DNA from: Eledone cirrhosa
Taxonomy: Eukaryota
Reading direction: 5' to 3'
Assembly (NCBI GenBank): GCA_964016885.1
Contig: OZ024754.1
Coordinates: 15,996,001-16,060,000, forward strand
Length of the DNA stretch: 64,000 bases
Made by a program: the position numbers and the translations under genes. The notes below the pieces were generated by a model. That model did not search any database and had not been told where the DNA came from. It was given only the letters and a program-made list of their open reading frames with translations. Positions 50,799 through 61,561 of the stretch are shown here, piece by piece (the stretch's first letter is position 1; every line of letters starts with the position of its first letter).

Positions 50799-53700
50799 GT
50801 GAATGCATGTGTGTATGTACACACAAGCCATTGAATTGCTTAGTCATGTATATGTGGTACAAAAATTCAGTATATAAACTGTAATAATAGAAAACATACC
50901 TAAGAGCATTAATAAGAGAATCTTCGTCAATGACATCACCTCTCCCAACATTTATAAAGTTTGTTTTCTAGAAAGACAGACATTAAAATAATTGTAAATA
51001 CACAAAGATTGCCATTACATGTTTCATAGCGACATCGCTATGTATGAAGAGAATAACAAAAATGTATTTACATTTGTTCAGGTTTTCACAGTGAGGTTTA
51101 TAATTTAAAATATAAATTAAACCTGCATTAAATTCTGTCTTAACCCTTTCATTACCATATTTCTGATAAAAGACCTATGATTTTCAATTAATTTTGAATT
51201 GGTGTTTGAAACACAACTTATCAAAGGTTCTTACATAAAAATATAATGGAAGGTTTTTAGATAAATATAAAGGCAGAAAGGAATAAAGTTGACTGGCCAC
51301 CTATAAGGGGGTGGTTTCCTTAAATCACAAAATCAAATCTGAGTCTTTTTAGAATCCAGAAACGGTTAAAACCTGTAAATAGTGACCTACTTTCAGAGCG
51401 AGGTTAAACATATGTTGTTGTAATAATTGTTTCTAATTAGGCACAAGGCCAGCAATTACCCAGTGCATTACTGGTACTTTATTTTATCGACCCCGTAAGG
51501 ATGAAAGGCAAAGTCAACCTCGGTGGGATTTGAACTCAGATCGTTAAGGGACGTAACTATGCTGGAAAGCATGGCGTCCAACCCTCTACCAATACTGCCA
51601 GTTGTAATAATGGTTTCTGATTTAGACACAAGGTCAACAATTTTGGGGGGAGGGGATACTCAATTAAATTGACTCCAGTGCATTACTGGTACTTTATTTT
51701 ATTGACCTCGTAAGGCAAAGCTAACCTCAGCAAGATTTGAACTCAGAGTGTAAAGGGTCATAACTCTATGCTGCAAAGCATGGTGTCTGACATGCTACAG
51801 ATACTGCCAATCCAATAATAATAATAATAATCATTTTTAACATAGGCACAAGGCACTTCTCCCAAGATCAATAAAGTAAAATACCAGTGAAGAACTGTGG
51901 TCAATTTAATCGACTTACTCCTCCCTGCAAATTGCCAGCCTTGTGCCTAATTTAGAAACCATCTAGTAAAGTGGTAGTGCCTGTGTTACAAAAGAAAACT
52001 CCCAGCCAACCCTGTCAAGTAGTAGTGATGGTACCACGAGAAAACAAACCCAGTACATATTGTCAAATGGTTGGCATTAGAAAGGACATCCAGCTATAGA
52101 GACCATGCCAAAATGGAATGTATGAAGAAGACACAGTCATCTGACCACAGTCATCTGTCTAACCTCGGAATTTGACAACTCATCTAACCCATGCTAGCAT
52201 AGAAAATCGATGTAAAACGATGAAGATGATAATGATGATGATGGGTGATTTTTTTCTATAAAAGAAATAGATGAATAGAGTTTTATTTATGGATGAGAAA
52301 ACCTTTAACCTTTAGCATTTAAACTGGCTGTAGCCGGCCAGAATTCTCTCACTCCTTTCTGTTCAATCCGGCTGAAACTGGTCACTCATACTGATGTTAA
52401 GGTATTGTTCTCAAAATAAATATCATCAAAATCTCATAGATTCGATATTACATGAGGTAATTATGTGAGATAAAGCCTTTACCATGAAAATATAATAGTA
52501 AATGCTAAAGGGTTAATACATACTCGATTCTTACAGGCAGCAAGAACATCTCCAGATAACAAGCCATGTGTATCTTTTGTACTGGGCAGGATATTACATA
52601 CATAGTCACAGTTGGACAAAAGCTGACCAAGGTTGGATTTTGTGCTGCAACAACAAATAAAGTTTCAGAAAGCTGGTACAATGCAGTAGAAACATAAAAG
52701 GGGAAAGGATGACAAATAAAACAAAACAAAGTAATATCTTACCTAGTATATTTCAATATGATATTTCAGGGCTATTACCCTCTTCATATTAACTATACTA
52801 TTTAACAAATTTTATAAAGTGCCCAGTCCACGCTGTAAAGAGGTTGTGTAGGTGACACGACAAAAAGAACCCAGCACACACTGTAAATGTGGTTGGTATT
52901 ATGAAGGGCATCTGGCTATAGAAGCCAAATCCAAATCAGCCCTGGGTGAGGGAAACAGTCCTCTGACCTGATTCTCTCCCAAAGGGTCAGCCTGTCCTAG
53001 TCATGCTAGCGTGGAGAATGGACGTTAAACAATGATGATGATGATTCAACACATTTTGTGAAGGTACATGGCTCAGTGGTTTGAGAGTTAGGCTCACAAT
53101 TATGAGGTTGTAAGTCCGATCTCTGGAACGGGTGGTACATTGTATCCTTGACCAAGACACTTTATTTCACATTGTTCCAATTCACTCAGCTGGAAAAAAT
53201 GAGTTGCAACATCACTGGTGCCAAGCTGTATCAACCTTTGTCTTTCCCCTGGATGATATCGGTTTCATGGAGAGGAAGAAACTGGTATGCACAGGTAATT
53301 GACAAGAATACATTTATATTTCTAACCTTAATTTAAAATTAACTTACGAAGGCTGTTGTATTAATGAGAATATCTTAACAAAGCTTCTGTTATAGTTTTG
53401 GGATTAGTGAGGTTTAAGTATATATACAGTACATGTGTATTATTATTAGCTCAAGTTTTTTTATCACCAATACTAAGAAAGAAATTAAAACATGATCATG
53501 CTAACATAATTAGAAAATCAGTGTGGTAAAAATCAAAGCAAAAGATTATTGAAACAAATTATTGGAGGGCTTAATCTCAAAAAGCCCCTTAATGCTGGAA
53601 GGCTTGCTTAAGTCACAAAAGTGAACTGAAACATTACTACCAAAATGATACAAGCCCAAAAGGTGTAGGGGAGCATTCTCTGGTATGTAGGAACCCAGGA

Positions 53701-56700
53701 GCTGGCAGCCTTGTGGCCCCAGAGGACAGAATGAAAAAAAAAACAGTTAATTCTGTATGTGAGGGAGCTGTAAAATCAGAAACTCTGTACAATTCTCTTA
53801 GTTTTAGCAAATCAAATAAAGAGATTACTCACCACAAATGATCAATATCAGGATATTGATTTTTCCTTTCTACAGCATTACTTTGCACCAGGCCCCATGT
53901 TGTCATCCCTAATAATTTACAGGTCTTGGCAACTGTTTAACAATAAGGAAGATACATAAAAATCACATGAGATGATGAATGCAAAATAAAACCTTAGATG
54001 CTGAAGTAAACCTTTCTTTCCCACATTTCTAATGAAAGATAATTTGAGGATTTAGAAATATAATTAACTTTCTCATTATTAAGCTGGTGGTGGTGGTGAT
54101 TGTTTGGTGATGGTGATGGTGATGATCATGATCATCATCAACATCATCACTAGCAGTACCACAATAAAAAGCACCCAGTCCATCCTGTAAGGTGGTAGTG
54201 TTGGCACCACAACAAAATGTTCCTAGTACATGCTGTAAGATGGTAGTGCTGGTGGTGGTGGTGGTGATGGTGATGATGATGGTGGTGGTGATGATGATGA
54301 TTATGATGATGATGGTGGCGATGATGATGATGATGATAATGATGGTGACAGTGGTGATGGTGATGATGATGATGGTGATGGTGATGATGGTGATGATGGT
54401 GATGGTGATGGTGATGATGATGATGATGATGATGATGTATTTCAAGTTTTTTTACATGTTTCTACTACCCACAAAGAATACATTCAGAAAGTTAAAATCA
54501 CAACAAATAGTCTTAAAAATGTAAAGAATCTGTGAAATTAAAACTTACCATGTTTTCCTATCTGGCCTACCCCTAAAAGTCCAATGGTCACTTGACTTGT
54601 AACAAAATTACTCAAATATTTGTTTCTGAAAAATTTCAAAATACAAGTTTATATGGCTGTTTCTTTGATAATTCATAATTTTAAAACTTTATTTCACTTT
54701 TTGTTACGTTACTAAGAAAAGAATTAGAAATGATTCATAATATATAAGGTGGCGGATTGGCAGTATCGGTAGAGAGTCAGACGCCATGCTTTGCAGCATA
54801 GAGTTATGTCCCCTTATGGACCGAATTCAAATCCCGCTGAGGTTAACTTTGCCTTTCATCCTTACAGGGTCGATAAAATAAAGTACCAGTAATGCACTGG
54901 AGTAATTGCTGGCCTTGTGCCAAAATGTAGAAACAGGGGTTAGTGACTGTAACATGTTTGTTCACGCTCAGAGTTGCTGAAGTATGGAACAAACTACCTG
55001 CATCGGTTGTCTGCTATCAGGACACTGTATCCTTCAAAACTTCCATGCTTCCCAAAATTCACCAACACTACAGTTGATATTCCGCCTCCATACACACACA
55101 CGCATGTATCTGTGTAGATATCAATACTCATATACTGTTCACTTTCCTGACATTTGTACATTATTCTATGTACTATATGTGCACCTTTGTTGAGTTGTAG
55201 TGCACCTGAGCACTGTACACAATAATTTCATTATTATTATAATTATAAATGATTCACAAAACAACTCTGTGACTGCATCATATTAGAAATTAAAGTCTCT
55301 ACTCTAATAATGCAAATTTTTACAACAATCTGTCCACTACTAAAGATACTGCAAATATTTGAATTAACAAAGCTATTTTTTGATAATTTCTGCTAAATCA
55401 TTGCGAGTTAATAAAGGGGAAAAAAGGCAGCAAAATCTTAAATAAGAACTCATACTCATCCCATGAGATTGCTTCTTGGCTTGCTTTCATATCAAAAAAC
55501 TTGCGTTCCTTTGCAATAATATAGCCAATGATGTAATCAGTAATCAAAGTACCAAATCCTTCTCCACTTCTAGTTAAGAGAAATTTGGGAGGAGCCTGAA
55601 AATAAAGGGAAGATCAATGTTAGTTCCAGGATCAGTTAGTTCTTGGATTAGCTAGTTCCTGGATCTGTTAAATCCAGGATAATTTGTTGTTAAATCCAGG
55701 ATAATTTGTTCCTGAATCAGTTAAATCCAGGATTAGTTAATTCCTGGATCAGTTAGTTCCTGGATCAGTTAAATCCAGGATCATTTAGTTCTAAGATCAA
55801 TTAAATTCTGAATTAGTTGAGACATGGGTTTCATGAAAGTATTTGTCACTCCAAGGTTCATGTAGAAAACGCCCAAAGAGCCATGCACTGAGACATTATT
55901 AAGCCAAGTCTGTACATAGACTAGAGAAATCAAAGAGCCGTGCACTGAGACATTATTAAGCCAAGTCTGTACATAGACTAGAGAAATCAAAGAGCCATGC
56001 ACTGAGACATTATTAAGCCAAGTCTGTACATAGACTAGAGAAATCAAAGAGCCGTGCACTGAGACATTATTAAGCCAAGTCTGTACATAGACTAGAGAAA
56101 TCAAAGAGCCGTGCACTGAGACATTATTAAGCCAAGTCTGTACATAGACTAGAGAAATCAAAGAGCCGTGCACTGAGACATTATTAAGCCAAGTCTGTAC
56201 ATAGACTAGAGAAATCAAAGAGCCGTGCACTGAGACATTATTAAGCCAAGTCTGTACATAGACTAGAGAAATCAAAGAGCTGTGCACTGAGACATTATTA
56301 AGCCAAGTCTGTACATAGACTAGAGAAATCAAAGAGCTGTGCACTGAGACATTATTAAGCCAAGTCTGTACATAGACTAGAGAAATCAAAGAGCCATGCA
56401 CTGAGACATTATTAAGCCAAGTCTGTACATAGACTAGAGAAATCAAAGAGCCATGCATTGAGACATTATTAAGCCAAGTCTGTACATAGACTAGAGAAAT
56501 CAAAGAGCTGTGCACTGAGACATTATTAAGCCAAGTCTGTACATAGACTAGAGAAATCAAAGAGCTGTGCACTGAGACATTATTAAGCCAAGTCTGTACA
56601 TAGACTAGAGAAATCAAAGAGCCATGCACTGAGACAGCCAAGTCTGTAGAGAAATCAATGCATGGAATTGGGAACATTTCTGGACATTTTTCAATATATT

Positions 56701-59700
56701 TTCTTTCACTATATTTAATAGTAAGAAAGTGAACTATTATTTAAAATTTTTTAAGTCTTAAATAAATAAAAGTCCCATGAGATTAAAATAATGTTTGTAA
56801 TTATGAGAATAATTGTTTTCACTTTTAATTGATTCAGAAATAATTTTACATTAATAGTTTATTTCAATGTTCTTATAATGTGTACATACGTTTAAATCAA
56901 TTTCTTTCATTAATGATTCCACACCTAAAATTTTAAAAAGAAAACAATATTAGTTTATTGTTATACTTTGGGAGGGTCATGTTGCCAATAAGAAACACAT
57001 GCACCAGTTGCTTTCACTTCAATTTATTATAATAAATTTATAAATTTAGGAATTTATAAATTTCCAGTTGGTTGGTTCCACAACCAGATGATTGTTTATA
57101 TATTGTCAAAGTTCTTTCGTCACACATTCTGTGACTTCTTCAGTGACTGGGATTCTTTCCTTTGTTTTTTTGCCTCTCCTTTGTTCTGTCCTACGCCATC
57201 TTGTTTTTGTGTGTGTTGTGTGCTTAGTTTGCGCATGTGTTACATCCGGGTGTCTGTGTGTGTTTATATTTGTTTATTTATTTGTTTATTTACATGTTAC
57301 TGGTTGGTTGTTGGTTCTATGTGTGTGTGTGTTTTCATTTTGTCCTTAATTGTAAGTTGTGATGTTGCTGTTCCATTCATGTTTTCTATTTAATTTTGGT
57401 TGGAGTTCATTTATGTTTATTGCCTCTGTGATTTGTCTAAACATTGCGTCTTTTCTGTGTGTAGATTCTATTTTTATTTCTATGTTCTCTAATTTACCCT
57501 TATGTTCTATTTTAGGTAGAGTACAGATGATTCTTTACTATCTTGAAGGTCTCACCAGTGTTCATTTATCCGTTCCCCTATACTACGAGCTGTCTCACCT
57601 ATGTACACTATATTCTTATCTCTACATTGTCCTTCAGTACATCTTATGCTATATACTACATTTCTAGTTTTACAGTTAATATGGGGGCTTAATTTACAGA
57701 TTATACATTTCTTATCTATACAGCTCGTAGTATAGGGGAACGGATAAATGAACACTGGCGAGACCTTCAAGATAGTAAAGAATCATCTGTACTCTACCTA
57801 CATGCTAACATAGAACATAGGGGTAAATTAGAGAACATAGAAATAAAAATAGAATCTACACACAGAAAAGACGCAATGTTTAGACAAATCACAGAGGCAA
57901 TAAACATAAATGAACTCCAACCAAAATTAAATAGAAAACATGAATGGAACAGCAACATCGCAACTTACAATAAGGACAAAATGAAAACACACACGCACAT
58001 AGAACAAACAACCAACCAGTAACATGTAAATAAACAAATAAATAAACAAATATAAACACACACAGACACCCGGATGTAACACATGCGCAAACTAAGCACA
58101 CAACATACATAAAAACAAGATGACGTAGGACAGAACAAAGGAGAGGCAAAAAAACAAAGAAAAGAATCCCCAGTCACTGAAGAGGTCATAGAATGTGTGA
58201 CGAAAGAACTTTGACAATATATAAACAATCATCTGGTTGTGGAACCAACCAACCAACCGGAAATTTATAAATTCCTAAATTTATAAATTTATTATAATAA
58301 ATTGAAGTGAAAGCAACTGGTGCCTGTGTTTCTTATTGGCAACATGACCCTCCCAAGTATAACAATATCGGTTTCAACACACGTTTTCAGATAAAGAATC
58401 TTGCTAAACAAATTCGGAAACGAAATATTAGTTTAATAAATCTACAACACATCTTATTGCAATTACATCTTTTTATTATTGCAATCACATCTTTTTATTA
58501 TTGCAATGACATCTTTTTATTATTGCAATCACATCTTTTTATTATTGCAATTACATCTTTTTATTATTGCAATCACATCTTTTTATTATTGCAATTACAT
58601 CTTTTTATTATTGCAATCACATCTTTTTATTATTGCAATCACATCTTTTTATTATTGCAATTACATCTTTTTATTATTGCAATTACATCTTTTTATTATT
58701 GCAATCACATTTCTTTAGTATTGCAATTGCATTCATAGAAGGGGATGACATTTTTTTTTCTCTCTGCATGACATCGGTGGCATGGAGAGGAGGAAACTGG
58801 TATGCATGGGTAACTGATGGTCTTCAAGACCAAAGTTTGTAATTGAATAAATTTCAAGAGATTTGTCTTTAAAATCGTTTCAACTTATATCAGTTGTTTC
58901 TCCTAACAAAACTGTGAAACATTCAAATAGTAAAATATTTTACAATAGCTATTATTGAATGTTCAATTTTTTTTAATGGTTTGTTTATTGGGTATCTATG
59001 TTCTTTGCTGTAAGGACAAGGAGTAAATGAAGATGTTTTTCAAGTGACTCAAAACATTATGTTTATATAATTGAATTAAATCTATTTTATATTTTATATT
59101 TCTTCCATTCATCATCAGTATAGAACAACAGAGAGTCAATTCGTTGTTATATTCAGGTTATAGTCATCCTTTTAAATCATACAGAAATTAGAGTAAATGC
59201 AAAACCCCTACATATTCCACCCCCACTGCTGATTGCATGACATCTTGGGAAAGTGTTATTTACGAGAGCTTCGAGTTAACCCAAGCCTTGTGACTCAGAT
59301 TGGGGAGATGGAAACTGTTTTGAAACTCGTTGAATGAACTGTACCTGTAATTCAAAGGACTAACCTTGTCACACACATTCATGTTGAATCTTCCTGAGAA
59401 TTATATTAAGGGAACACATGTCTCTAGAATTCTCAGCTACTTGCATGTTAATTTCATTAGCAAGCTGACCCATTCATAAAAAAACTGGAACATTTATCCT
59501 CAAAACTGACAGAAGATCATTCTACTTCATTTCCATTTTATTCTAGTCCATTATAGAAAAAAATGAGCTTTTCTAGTTCATGTATGGTTGATTGTGTTAG
59601 GAAAAACAAAATAAGAAATTTAACCTCAACTGATATCTTATTTTCTGTATAATTTCAACAAAGAATTAAATATTAAGCAATAACAAATATCTTTGCATGA

Positions 59701-59841
59701 AAAGTGAATAAAACCACTTACCAGCCCATGTAGAATGAAGCCATTTCAATGAAGGGAAAAAAGGTAAATATTTACTGACAGCCACAGGATCAGCTAACAA
59801 GATCTCTACTTCAGATAATTGATCTTTAGAAGAGTTGCTTT
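49278..59841 (-). CDS. Glyoxylate/hydroxypyruvate reductase A-like D-isomer-specific 2-hydroxyacid dehydrogenase, 9 exons seen, 5' end not located
   Basis: Exons 59841-59722, 56924-56890, 55595-55456, 54625-54549, 53932-53833, 52644-52524, 50967-50900, 50710-50581, 49364-49278, all in phase. Motifs: LKWLHSTWAGVE, IGLLGVGQIG (Rossmann GxGxxG), CDYVCNILPST, FINVGRG (Arg), LDVFNKEPLP (Glu), ITPHIAA (His), C-terminal VDWSKHY*. AATAAA on - strand at 49236-49231. Confidence 0.9.
49828..50135 (+). mobile_element. CRE-clade retrotransposon 3' fragment
   Basis: LVPLAVETSGVLG...LEWLFQRVSLAVLWRNAFSI matches the same endonuclease C-terminal pattern as the 10054 fragment; A-rich tail near 50117-50134. 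Confidence 0.7.
52309..52512 (-). mobile_element. piggyBac-type MITE, inverted orientation
   Basis: TTAA-flanked; ends about 10 bp from the exon donor at 52523. Confidence 0.8.
54240..54437. repeat. (GAT/GGT)n microsatellite
   Basis: Seen directly in the sequence. Confidence 0.95.
55873..56645. repeat. 57 bp minisatellite, about 13.5 copies
   Basis: Unit caaagagccatgcactgagacattattaagccaagtctgtacatagactagagaaat, very homogeneous. Confidence 0.95.
57105..57147 (-). ncRNA. Minimal type I hammerhead ribozyme (left arm of the Penelope-like element)
   Basis: guca CUGAAGA A gucaca-gaaug-ugugac GAAA g-aa-c UU ugac: intact core, 6 bp stem II, minimal stem III, 4 bp stem I. Confidence 0.7.
58173..58215 (+). 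ncRNA. Minimal type I hammerhead ribozyme (right arm of the Penelope-like element)
   Basis: guca CUGAAGA G gucaua-gaaug-ugugac GAAA g-aa-c UU ugac. The stem II change relative to the left copy (C-G to U-G) keeps pairing. Confidence 0.7.
58452..58715. repeat. 22 bp minisatellite, about 12 copies
   Basis: Unit ttgcaat(c/t)acatctttttatta. Confidence 0.95.
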
Positions 59842-59948
59842 CTGCAAATAAAAACATGACAGTTTAAAATAAAGGAAATTTCAGCAAATACTGTAGAATG
59901 TTTATAGTCTGTTAAATTATATACAATTCAGTGAATTTAAATATATGT

Positions 59949-60566
59949 TTAAAAAAAAAAAAAATGTTTGCTCTACATGGCTGAATACAACAAATATAAT
60001 CTGAGTTTTTCGAATATTAATAATAACATTCGATTCGTTTGCAATTATGCAAACAAGCCTCATTTTTAACGCCATGTTAGTAGAATGAGCCCCTCATTCT
60101 TGCTCTTGTGTTGGCATGTAAACAGAACTGTAGAAACTAATGTTTCTGGGTATCACCCTTCATCAGTACATCTCACTGTTCACCTGCCAACTGTCAGAGC
60201 TAGTGAAAATATATGATATTTTCTAAAATATACAGTGATTGATCGGCCTGATTTGCATATTAACAGACTGGCTGATCAGTCAGATCTGCATATTAGCAGA
60301 TCCACTGATCAGCCAGATTTGCATGTCAGCAGACTGGCCAGTCAGTTTCCTGTATACGAGTGATCAATGGCTGGCTTTGCCACATTCCATTAAAAAAAAA
60401 TGTTTGCTCTACATGGCTGAATACAACAAATATAATCTGAGTTTTTCGAATATTAATAATAACATTCGATTTGTTTGCAATTATGCAAACAAGCCACATT
60501 TTTAACGCCATGTCAGTAGAATGAGCCCCTCATTTTTGCTCTTGTGTTGGCATGTAAACAGAACTG
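59949..60566 (-). repeat. Partial tandem repeat (about 180 bp direct repeats, about 440 bp period) with a hammerhead-like motif
   Basis: 59949-60130 is repeated at 60390-60566. The - strand at 60170-60129 reads tgta CTGATGA Agggtgataccca GAAA cattagtttctaca. Confidence 0.65.
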
Positions 60567-60593
60567 CAAATATATGTTAGTTTTATTATATTA

Positions 60594-61560
60594 CTAGCTG
60601 GCCCGTCCGGCTGGTGCCCGGCTAGGTATACTGACATTTTATCTTTTCAGGAATCCCCCCTCCACTCCAGTGCAAAGATACCGCACACTCTCTCAAGTCA
60701 GCGAGGGTGGGGTGGGGGTTAACATGCTCTGATGTTGGGTTTGAATAGTTTTTAGGATTCCCCAGTTCAGCAGCCAGTACGTTAAAGAAAATGGATAGTT
60801 ACAACAATAAAGACTGAACAGAGAACACATTTAAAAAAAAATCTTTACAATAATTTGTACAACCATAAAGGAAATTCCAAGTAACAGAAAATACATAAAT
60901 TACATTGTTAGAGCCTCAGAGTATACAATATTTTTTGTTTGGCCCTTGGGAGCAAAGATGAAGAGATTGTTTGGCGAGCTCACCCTACAGCATCCTACAT
61001 ACAATTGACCATGGTTTTCCCAGATGAAGGCCAGCCACTTTTAGGGTTTGACCCTGAGCTTTGTTGATGGTAATCGCGAAGCTTAGTCTCTGTGTTGCTC
61101 TAGTAACATTTTTTCTTCTGGAAAATCTGATCTTGCGGCCAGGCTGGGACTTTTTGGGTGGCATATCGGCAGTAAAAATGACGATAAGCCGTCTGTGCTT
61201 TCGTGAAATAAATACGTTTGTTTATATTTTGTTTATGTGTATGCAAAAGTATCTGTACACGAATAACCCATGCTAGTGTGGAAAGTGGATGTTAAACGAG
61301 GATGATGATGATGATATATATATATATATTAAAATAACAGATTAAAATTTAAGCGAAGAATCGCTGCTTTCACCCTTAACGGGATTTCTGAAACAAAAAA
61401 AGTCGATCTGTGAACGCAGAAGTAAATATTTCGAAAAACGTTGCAACAGAAGAAAAACAGGAAGACAATACTTTGGTTCGTGAAGACATTCCCTGGCAAT
61501 GAACGGAAAAAAGCGAAAATAATGCGTCAGCAATGAGAACAATATTTGCTCTGGGGTCCT
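60594..61560 (-). mobile_element. Helitron, second copy (5' end lost or interrupted)
   Basis: About 60770-61480 is the reverse complement of about 2640-3310, including the Pif1 remnant. 3' end is a GC-rich segment followed by CTAG|T at 60597-60593. A retroposon tail interrupts it at about 61264-61315. Confidence 0.85.
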
Positions 61561-61561
61561 T

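Larger units (their letters stand above)
56956..58367 (-). mobile_element. Fold-back Penelope-like element: GIY-YIG endonuclease remnant with inverted pseudo-LTRs
   Basis: Arms 56956-57593 and 57720-58367 are near-perfect reverse complements. The spacer (-) encodes CIICKLSPHINCKTRNVVYSIRC...IVYIGETARS. The arm continues ERINEHWRD...VLYLHANIEH...RQITEAININELQPKLNRKHEWN. Confidence 0.9.

Noticed and set aside
55781-56677. 298 aa ORF of 19-residue repeats
   Set aside because: 57 bp minisatellite in an intron; the flanking exons splice in phase without it.
57552-57554. In-frame TGA in the GIY-YIG remnant as a possible selenocysteine codon
   Set aside because: The other arm has CGA (Arg) at this position, so CpG decay explains it.
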